Source of the DNA: Eledone cirrhosa
Taxonomy: Eukaryota
Direction of reading: 5' to 3'
Assembly (NCBI GenBank): GCA_964016885.1
Contig: OZ024747.1
Location: 18,662,001 to 18,726,000 of the forward strand
DNA: 64,000 nt
In this document: positions 56,417 through 64,000 of the stretch, in pieces
Layout: every line of letters starts with the position of its first letter
Position numbering within the stretch: the first letter of the stretch is position 1
The notes under the pieces: generated by a model
Databases searched by the model: none
What the model saw: the letters and a program-made list of their open reading frames with translations, nothing else
Told to the model about the DNA's origin: nothing
Made by a program: the position numbers and the translations under genes

Positions 56417-56422
<6 letters not shown>
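56055..56422. repeat. 368-bp spacer-less palindrome (184-bp arms)
   Basis: Centre ...ggaagccatcc|ggatggcttcc... between 56238 and 56239; arms read as exact reverse complements by eye. Confidence 0.93.
56311..56375 (+). ncRNA. Hammerhead-ribozyme-like motif (core intact, stems I/III imperfect)
   Basis: CTGATGA (56321-27), stem II AGGcATACCA/TGGTATcCCT, then GAAA (56358-61). Confidence 0.5.
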
Positions 56423-56450
<28 letters not shown>

Positions 56451-56832
56451 TGTGTGTGTGTGTGTGTCATCATCATCATCATCATATATATATATATATA
56501 TAGCGTTAGTATCACAAATAAGAGACATTTTATTACAGCATTCCTTTATACGTACATAAACATGTTATTTACAGTTGTATAAAAAAGAAGTATATTGTTT
56601 CTACTTTTGGCACAAGGCCAGCAATTATCCCAGTACATTACTGATACTTTATTACATATAATATATATAATACGACATTCCTCTCTCTTTCTTAGTCTGT
56701 CGTTTTAGATAGATACATAGCTATAACGTCACGCGCTTATAATATCTGTCTGTATGTCTGCCTGTCTGCATTGACTTCGCTTCGAACCAACTTTTAATTA
56801 ATTCTATATATAGATAATTATATATTCGTGTA

Positions 56833-57444
56833 TATATTTTCAACAGTAATACTGTACTATATATTTTCAACAGTAATAATATACTCTATATTTTCAACAG
56901 TAATACTATACTATATATTTTCAACAGTAATACTATACTATATATTTTCAACAGTAATACTATACTATATATTTTCAACAGTAATACTATACTATACATT
57001 TTCAACAGTAATACTATACTATACATTTTCAACAGTAATACTATACTATACGTTTTCAAGAGTCATACTATACTATACATTTTCAACAGTCATACTATAC
57101 TATATATTTTCAACAGTAATACTATACTATATATTTTCAACAGTCATACTATACTATATATTTTCAACAGTAATACTATACTATATATTTTCAACAGTAA
57201 TACTATACTATATATTTTCAACAGTAATACTATACTATATATTTTCAAGAGTCATACTATACTATATATTTTCAACAGTCATACTATACTATATATTTTC
57301 AACAGTCATACTATACTATATATTTTCAACAGTCATACTATACTATATATTTTCAACAGTAATACTATACTATATATTTTCAAGAGTCATACTGTACTAT
57401 ATATTTTCAACAGTCATACTATACTATATATTTTCAACAGTAAT
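56833..57444. repeat. 27-bp minisatellite (tattttcaacagtaatactatactata), left part
   Basis: Tandem array that continues after the LINE at 60269. Confidence 0.95.
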
Positions 57445-60268
57445 GTGACAATCACCTGATTACCTATAGATCCGGGGAACACACAAGCCAGGTAGATTAT
57501 ATCCTTACCAGAAGACGTGACAGAGTGTCTGTTGTAAACACTAAATCCCTCCCCCATGAAGAATGCACCTCCCAACATAGACTGATAATTAGCGACCTCA
57601 TAGTCAGGACGAGACGTACTCGACAGCAGAAGAGGACTATCCTCAGGAGAAAAATATGGAAGCTAAAGGACCCCACAGCCAAAAATAAATTTCAAAACAT
57701 ATTACTTGATGCTTTCGACAGTAAGGAAGAACATTTAGAGTCGGACAATATAGAGGGACAGTGGGAATTTCTGAAAGCAAACCTGCTGTTGGCGACAGAC
57801 GAAATCTGTGGCTGGAGCAGGCCTGTAGGCAGGAGGAGAGTAACATGGTGGTGGAACAGTAAGGTGGAGGGGTCAATTAAGGCCAAAAAGCAGGCTTGGA
57901 AAGTATGGCGGGATGGGGGAAGTAGAGTAGACTATCAAGTGGCCAGGAGGGAAGCTAGGAGAGAAGTGTACTTATCAAGAAGGGAAGCTGAGGAAAGAAA
58001 GTTCAAGCATGTTCTACATCGCGATGACCAAAAACGTGAGGTGTTCAGGATTGCTAGGCAATGCGTCAAGGAAAACCGTGATATTGTCGGGGAGAAGTGT
58101 GTACTTAACGATGATGGCATACTTGCCATCACCGACACTGATAAGAAGGTAGCTTGGAAGTGTCACTATGAAAGGCTACTAAATGAGGAGAATAAATGGG
58201 AGAAAGACAGTCTCCCCCATATCGACCCAATAGAGGGACCAGCAGTGTTAGTCGAGGGGAGTATAATAAGTAAGGCAATCAAGGATATGAAGACGGGTAA
58301 GGCGGCTGGGCCTTCGGAAATAGTTGCTGAGATGCTGAAGGCATCTGGCACGGTGGGACACACCATGGTCACTCGCATAGTTAACCATGTCATACAGAAT
58401 GGGGTTGTTCCGAAGGACTGGCATAGCAGCATCATCGTTAACTGTTATAAGGGTAAAGGAGACGCCCTAGATAGGAGTAACTATAGAGGCATTAAATTAA
58501 TCGACCAGGTCATGAAGGTCACGGAAAAAGTAATAGCGCAACTAATCAGAGAGAGAATTGACCTAGATGAAATGCAGTTCGGGTTTGTGTCAGGCAAAAG
58601 TACCACAGACGCTCTTTTCATAGTACAACAACTACAGGAGAAGTTCCTAGCTAAAGGTAAACCCCTCTACTTAGCTTTTGTCGACTTGGAGAAAGCCTTC
58701 GACAGAGTCCCCCGCTCCATTATCTGGTGGGCTCTTAGAAAACTAGGCGTTGACGAATGGCTTGTGAGGGCTATACAAGCCATGTATAAAGAAACAGTCA
58801 GCAAGGTTAGAATTAACAACGAATATAGTGAAGAGTTTAGCGTAAAAGTTGGCTTCCATCAGGGCTCTGTTCTCAGCCCCCTACTATTTATTATTGCCCT
58901 TCAGGCTATAACAGAGGAGTTCAAGACAGGCCGCCCATGGGAACTCCTATACGCAGACGACCTGACACTCATAGTGGAATCAATGGCCGAGCTAGAGAAG
59001 AAATTCCAAACATGGAAGCACGGCCTAGAGTCAAAAGGACTTAAAATTAACCTGGCTAAGACCAAAGTTCTAGTTTGTAGGAAAGAAAACAAGGCGGCGG
59101 TCCCTTCTGGGAAATGGTCGTGCTCGGTGTGTAGGAAAGGCGTAGGTAGAAACTCCATTTTATGTCCTAAATGCAAAGTATGGGTGCATAAAAGATGTAG
59201 TGGGATCACAGGTAAGCTAACTAAGAACATAGATTTTACATGTGGCCGGTGTTCTGGTGCAATAAGTAGCAGCAAGTGCCCACAAAATACTAGCTCTTTC
59301 AATTGCGCAGAGGGTTCTATAGAAATAGTGGACAGCTTCCGTTACCTGGGCGATAAAATCAGCAGTGGGGGAGGGTGCTCTGAAAGTACTGTAGCTAGAG
59401 TCAGAACTGGTTGGAAAAAGTTCAGAGAGCTTATACCACTATTAGCTGCTAAAGGGTTCTCCCTAAAAATGAAAGGCAGGTTGTACGATGCCTGCATACG
59501 AACAGCAATGTTGCATGGCAGTGAGACCTGGGCATTGTGTGCAGAGGATACACGCAGACTAGAGAGGAACAAAGCTTGCATGCTCCGCTGGATGTGTAAC
59601 AGTAATATACGTGAACGGCAAAGCATAAACGAACTAAGGAAAAAATTAGAGATAAGAGGGATCAGATGTTGTTTACTCGAGAGAAGGCTACGTTGGTATG
59701 GACACGTGGTGCGCATGAAAGTCGATAGCTGTATAACAAAGTGCAGGGCAATAAAGATAGACGGTAGCCACGGAATAGGCAGACCTAGAAAAACCTGGGA
59801 CGAGCTGATAAACTCCGACCTGACACACTTACACCTCTCCAAGACAATGTCACTGGACCGAGACCTTTGGCGGTACTCAGTAACAGAGAAGACCCGCCTT
59901 GCCAGTAGGCATCTCTAACAAAATACACCCCGTCCCACCACCCCCACCCCATCCACACCACCCCGTTCTATGTAAAGTTATGTTGGTGCCGCGCCATCCA
60001 GGCCGAAACAAATGAGATCGTGTAGGTGTCACGACAAAAAAACACACAGTCCACGCTGTAATGTGGCCGTGTAGGCAACACGGTAAAAACCTCCCAGACC
60101 CACACTGTAAATGTGGTTGGTGTTAGGAAGGGCATCCAACTGTAGAAAACCTGCCAGACAGTCCTATGCGAGCAAGACAATCACTCTTGCCTCAAGTGGG
60201 ACTACCCCCGTCCAAACCCATGCGAGCGTGGAACATGGACGTTAAACGTTGATGATGATGATGATGAT
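57445..60268 (+). mobile_element. RTE-type non-LTR retrotransposon (LINE), 5'-truncated within the APE endonuclease, young copy
   Basis: Open frame from about 57444 to 59918, followed by a ~330 bp 3' UTR and a (GAT)6 tail. Flanked by attttcaacagtaat at 57430-57444 and 60269-60283 (apparent TSD) inside a 27-bp minisatellite. Confidence 0.95.
57525..59918 (+). CDS. LINE ORF (C-terminal part of APE endonuclease + reverse transcriptase + inserted PHD-type finger)
   Basis: End-of-APE motifs (ITYRSG..SQVDYIL just upstream in frame, SQHRLII). RT motifs KGKGD...NYRGI, QFGF, FVDLEKAFD, HQGSVLSP, LYADD, FRYLG. RTE-type C-terminus YGSETW-like, LRWYGHV, GRPRKTW. No internal stops. Confidence 0.93.
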   Translation: MSVVNTKSLPHEECTSQHRLIISDLIVRTRRTRQQKRTILRRKIWKLKDPTAKNKFQNILLDAFDSKEEHLESDNIEGQWEFLKANLLLATDEICGWSRPVGRRRVTWWWNSKVEGSIKAKKQAWKVWRDGGSRVDYQVARREARREVYLSRREAEERKFKHVLHRDDQKREVFRIARQCVKENRDIVGEKCVLNDDGILAITDTDKKVAWKCHYERLLNEENKWEKDSLPHIDPIEGPAVLVEGSIISKAIKDMKTGKAAGPSEIVAEMLKASGTVGHTMVTRIVNHVIQNGVVPKDWHSSIIVNCYKGKGDALDRSNYRGIKLIDQVMKVTEKVIAQLIRERIDLDEMQFGFVSGKSTTDALFIVQQLQEKFLAKGKPLYLAFVDLEKAFDRVPRSIIWWALRKLGVDEWLVRAIQAMYKETVSKVRINNEYSEEFSVKVGFHQGSVLSPLLFIIALQAITEEFKTGRPWELLYADDLTLIVESMAELEKKFQTWKHGLESKGLKINLAKTKVLVCRKENKAAVPSGKWSCSVCRKGVGRNSILCPKCKVWVHKRCSGITGKLTKNIDFTCGRCSGAISSSKCPQNTSSFNCAEGSIEIVDSFRYLGDKISSGGGCSESTVARVRTGWKKFRELIPLLAAKGFSLKMKGRLYDACIRTAMLHGSETWALCAEDTRRLERNKACMLRWMCNSNIRERQSINELRKKLEIRGIRCCLLERRLRWYGHVVRMKVDSCITKCRAIKIDGSHGIGRPRKTWDELINSDLTHLHLSKTMSLDRDLWRYSVTEKTRLASRHL

Positions 60269-61291
60269 ATTTTCAACAGTAATACTATACTATATATTTT
60301 CAAGAGTCATACTATACTATATATTTTCAACAGTCATACTATACTATATATTTTCAACAGTAATACTATACTATATATTTTCAACAGTAATACTATACTA
60401 TATATTTTCAACAGTAATACTATACTATATATTTTCAACAGTAATACTATACTATATATTTTCAACAGTAATACTATACCATATATTTTCAACAGTAATA
60501 CTATACTATATATTTTCAAGAGTCATACTATACTATATATTTTCAACAGTAATACTATACTATATATTTTCAACAGTAATACTATACTATATATTTTCAA
60601 CAGTAATACTATACTATATATTTTCAAAAGTAATACTATACTATATATTTTCAACAGTAATACTATACTATATATTTTCAACAGTAATACTATACTATAT
60701 ATTTTCAAGAGTCATACTATACTATATATTTTCAACAGTAATACTATACTATATATTTTCAACAGTAATACTATACTATATATTTTCAACAGTAATACTA
60801 TACTATATATTTTCAAGAGTCATACTATACTATATATTTTCAACAGTAATACTATACTATATATTTTCAACAGTAATACTATACTATATATTTTCAACAG
60901 TAATACTATACTATATATTTTCAACAGTAATATTATACTATATATTTTCAACAGTAATACTATACTATATATTTTCAAGAGTCATACCATACTATATATT
61001 TTCAACAGTAATACTATACTATATATTTTCAACAGTAATACTATACTATATATTTTCAAGAGTCATACTATACTATATATTTTCAACAGTAATACTATAC
61101 TATATATTTTCAACAGTAATACTATACTATATATTTTCAAAAGTAATACTATACTATATATTTTCAACAGTAATACTATACTATATATTTTCAAAAGTAA
61201 TACTATACTATATATTTTCAACAGTAATACTATACTATATATTTTCAACAGTAATACTATACTATATATTTTCAAAAGTAATACTATACTA
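60269..61291. repeat. 27-bp minisatellite, right part
   Basis: Same unit as 56833-57444 with variants caacagtaat, caagagtcat and caaaagtaat. Confidence 0.95.
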
Positions 61292-61576
61292 CACAGATGG
61301 CTCATCGTCTGTTTATCCAAGCGAAGCTAGGTACGTCAGCTATATATATCTATATATCTGGATGCCGTAGAACACGTCAATGGTAACCGGGCACCAGCCG
61401 GACGGGCCAGCTAGTATATATATATATATATATGTGTGTGAAGGATTCAGGATCCCGAAAGCTGAGCTCCTGCTGTTTCAACAGCTGGATCCAGTTCGTA
61501 TTACCCACTCTTCTACCTCAAGTATCGAGTTCTCTTGTGAGTAACGGTCTAACTGGTTTTTATCGCCTCCATTCTG

Positions 61577-61622
<46 letters not shown>

Positions 61623-61745
61623 TAAAATAACAGATTAAAGTTTAAGCAAAGAATCGTTGCTTTCACCCTTAACGGGATCTTCTGAAACTAACAAAGTCAA
61701 TCTGTAAATGCAGGAGTGGATTTTAGTCTTCTAATTTATTATTAT

Positions 61746-61807
<62 letters not shown>

Positions 61808-61952
61808 GTATATATATATATATATAGGTGTTAAAGTGCAAGTTAATTGCATCCATAGGCATTATGCCGAATGAGCACTTGATGCTCTCAGGGAGCAGAG
61901 TATCAATAGTATTAATATATAAGGGAACAAAGAATCAGTGTTGCATCATATA

Positions 61953-62047
61953 CATATTTAATTACATATGTTTCACTGTGGATCAGCTCGAGGAATGATC
62001 TATTAATGATCGAACCTGACTCTGGAATCGGAAGCTCCTCAGATATG
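61953..62047 (-). ncRNA. Hammerhead-like motif with long stem II region
   Basis: Minus strand catat-CTGAGGA-gct...agt-GAAAC-ATAT-GT-A-attaa-atatg. Confidence 0.45.
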
Positions 62048-62463
62048 TTTTAACATGTAGACTCAGCTTCATACACACACACACACACACACACACACAT
62101 CCATAAATATATATATATATCATGATTAACATCACCATTTTACATTTGCTTTTTCGTGCTTGCATGGGTCGGACATGATGGTGAGTCATGGCCTTTTTTG
62201 GCAATATTTTTCTGGCTGAATGCCCTTCCTATCACTAATTACCTTTTCATGATAACAGCTCTAGAGAAATTGTCTGTCAGGACTTAAATGTTCTCTCCAC
62301 CTAGAATCAATTCTTATTCAGAGTATCTACTCTCCTAGATCGATTGTCTTTCTCTATGGCTTATGGAGCCCATTTCTATTTTGTGCATGTGCAGTCTTAT
62401 TTATTCCGAGCAAGCAACTGCCCTCCTTGATAGGTTGTCTTCACTATGACTTATGAAGCCCAC

Positions 62464-62506
<43 letters not shown>

Positions 62507-63119
62507 CACATAAACATCCAAAAGTAAATGTAAATACTCATATTCAATCGCAAAATGCAGTGAAAACATCTTTCAAAGCAAATCTAGGATATAGAGTGTA
62601 ACCTAGATTAGAGGTGCTTTACAGCTGGAAGATGATGGATTGGGATTCAGAGATGAAAAAATGCTTGGTTTTGCAGATTATTAATAAATGAAGCATGAGA
62701 TCCATATTGGTTCCTAGTATATGGTTGTTTTCTGGGCAGGATGTGTGTTTCAGTTTAATTATGTTTTTTTTTTCCTAAAAAGTACACCTATTCCACATTA
62801 TATAAGTTTACCTGCTTCTCAAGATACATACCAATCTTGAAATGTTATAAATCTGATAATAGGTGTGCCTGTTCCTCGAGAATACATTCCAGCTCGTTAC
62901 ATTCTCAGATCAAATCTGGCTAACTTCACTTCTCATCCTTTCAATGTCAATAAAATAAAGTACCAGTCACGTACTTAGATCAATTTAATCAACTTTTCTC
63001 TTCCCCTAAAAGTTCTGGTCTTGTACTTAAATTAGAAACCTTATAATCTGGTTTATCTGGGAATATTATTTAATCATCATCATCATCATCTTCGTTTAAC
63101 GTCCATCTTCCATGCTAGA

Positions 63120-63358
63120 TTTCCTGTTTTTTAAATATAAGTACCAGATCCCCAGGGAATGTTATATAATCTGACAATATATTTACCTGTTCCTCAGATA
63201 TAGGTACCAGATCCCCAGGGAATGTTATATAATCTGACAATATATTTACCTGTTCCTCAGATATAGGTACCAGATCTCCAGGGAATGGTATATAATCTGA
63301 CAATATGTTTACCTGTTCTTTAAATATTGGTACCAGATCACCAGGGAGTGTTATGTAA
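63120..63358. repeat. 60-bp tandem repeat, about 4 units
   Basis: gtaccagatc..cagggaatg.tatataatctgacaatat.tttacctgttc recurs with period 60. Confidence 0.9.
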
Positions 63359-63638
63359 ACTGGCATCTTATCCAGAAGAAAATATTTGTCTATCATTTAT
63401 CTTATGCTAAGTAACTGGGGCCAAGAACCTTTTCTTTGAAGTCTATTGTGAACCCTGTTGTCAACAAGGCAAACTATAAGATGCAAAGTCTTTTTGTTTC
63501 ATATGAAAAGTAAGATAAATAGAGCATCTTTGTTCTGATGTTGGATAAATGAAGATGTTTCTATCATTTGAGAAATAAACGAAATTATATATTATTTTTA
63601 ATTGTAAATATTATTTTTAAAATCTTTTTTTATTTTAG

Positions 63639-63700
63639 GAAAATGGGGTTTTCATCGAAATGGTCATTGTCAAGCTGGAATGGCTGTATCTTTAACAAAG
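63639..63700 (+). CDS. Integrin alpha subunit, internal exon D
   Basis: ttttag acceptor, gtgagg donor at 63701. Phase 1 start matches exon C. Translates (R)KWGFHRNGHCQAGMAVSLTK, resembling the WG.HR.G.CQAG segment of PS2/RGD-class alpha integrins. Confidence 0.92.
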
Positions 63701-63752
63701 GTGAGGCAGTTCTCGCTTGTAAAAATATATCTTCGAAAACATAGGAAAGGCC

Positions 63753-63974
63753 TTAACCCTTTAGCATTTACATTACTCTATATATACTATTGTATTTTGT
63801 GGTAAAGGCATTATCTTACATATTTATCTCACATAATATCGAATCTACGAGATTTTGATGTCATTTATTTTGAGAACAATATCTTAACATCAGTATGAGT
63901 GGCTAGTTACAGTCAGCTTAAACAGAAAGGTGAGAGAATTCTGATTGTGTGGTGGACAAGGTTGAAAGGGTTGA
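63753..63974 (+). mobile_element. piggyBac-type MITE family A, diverged
   Basis: ttaaccctttagcatttacattactc start and aaagggttga end; lies about 50 bp downstream of exon D. Confidence 0.78.
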
Positions 63975-64000
63975 TGACGGACACTTTCCTCTCCGGCCAA

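Larger units (their letters stand above)
51695..61414 (+). mobile_element. Composite Helitron region with nested insertions
   Basis: Helitron-like 5' motif tattataaagctga + (GTAT)n at about 51700. A repeated internal block at about 51733-52098, 54672-54950 and 56670-56803. Helicase fragment at 54185-54385. GC-rich hairpin-like ccgggcaccagccgg then CTAG|T at 61411-61415. Confidence 0.65.

Noticed and set aside
60249-61370. 373 aa (and 56828-57448, 206 aa) YYIFSTVIL repeat ORFs
   Set aside because: Translations of the 27-bp minisatellite.
63115-63396. 93 aa repeat protein on the minus strand
   Set aside because: Product of a 60-bp tandem repeat; no domain similarity or splice support that I can see.

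Overview
AT-rich, microsatellite-dense eukaryotic (animal) genomic DNA; the repeat complement suggests an octopus/cephalopod (inference). The only host coding sequence I can support is four small + strand exons (646-764, 31858-31958, 49610-49730, 63639-63700; 403 nt). They splice in frame into the N-terminal beta-propeller of an integrin alpha subunit of the RGD-binding PS2/alphaV/alpha5/alpha8 class, across introns of about 31, 18 and 14 kb. The introns are packed with mobile DNA: (1) two near-identical, stop-free, 5'-truncated RTE-type LINEs whose reverse transcriptase carries an inserted C4HC3 PHD-type finger; (2) tRNA-derived SINEs of two groups; (3) piggyBac-type TTAA MITEs; (4) non-autonomous Helitrons and a ~9.7 kb nested Helitron cluster; (5) mariner, CR1, CRE-like and Hero-like remnants; (6) minisatellites. 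The most notable unexplained signal is a dispersed, sequence-diverse set of short elements embedded in (TA)n tracts. They share a minimal hammerhead-ribozyme-like motif, a downstream TTGAGTAC-like box and frequent fold-back (palindromic) structure, as expected for Penelope-like element or retrozyme ends. Most ORFs in the supplied track are microsatellite translations.
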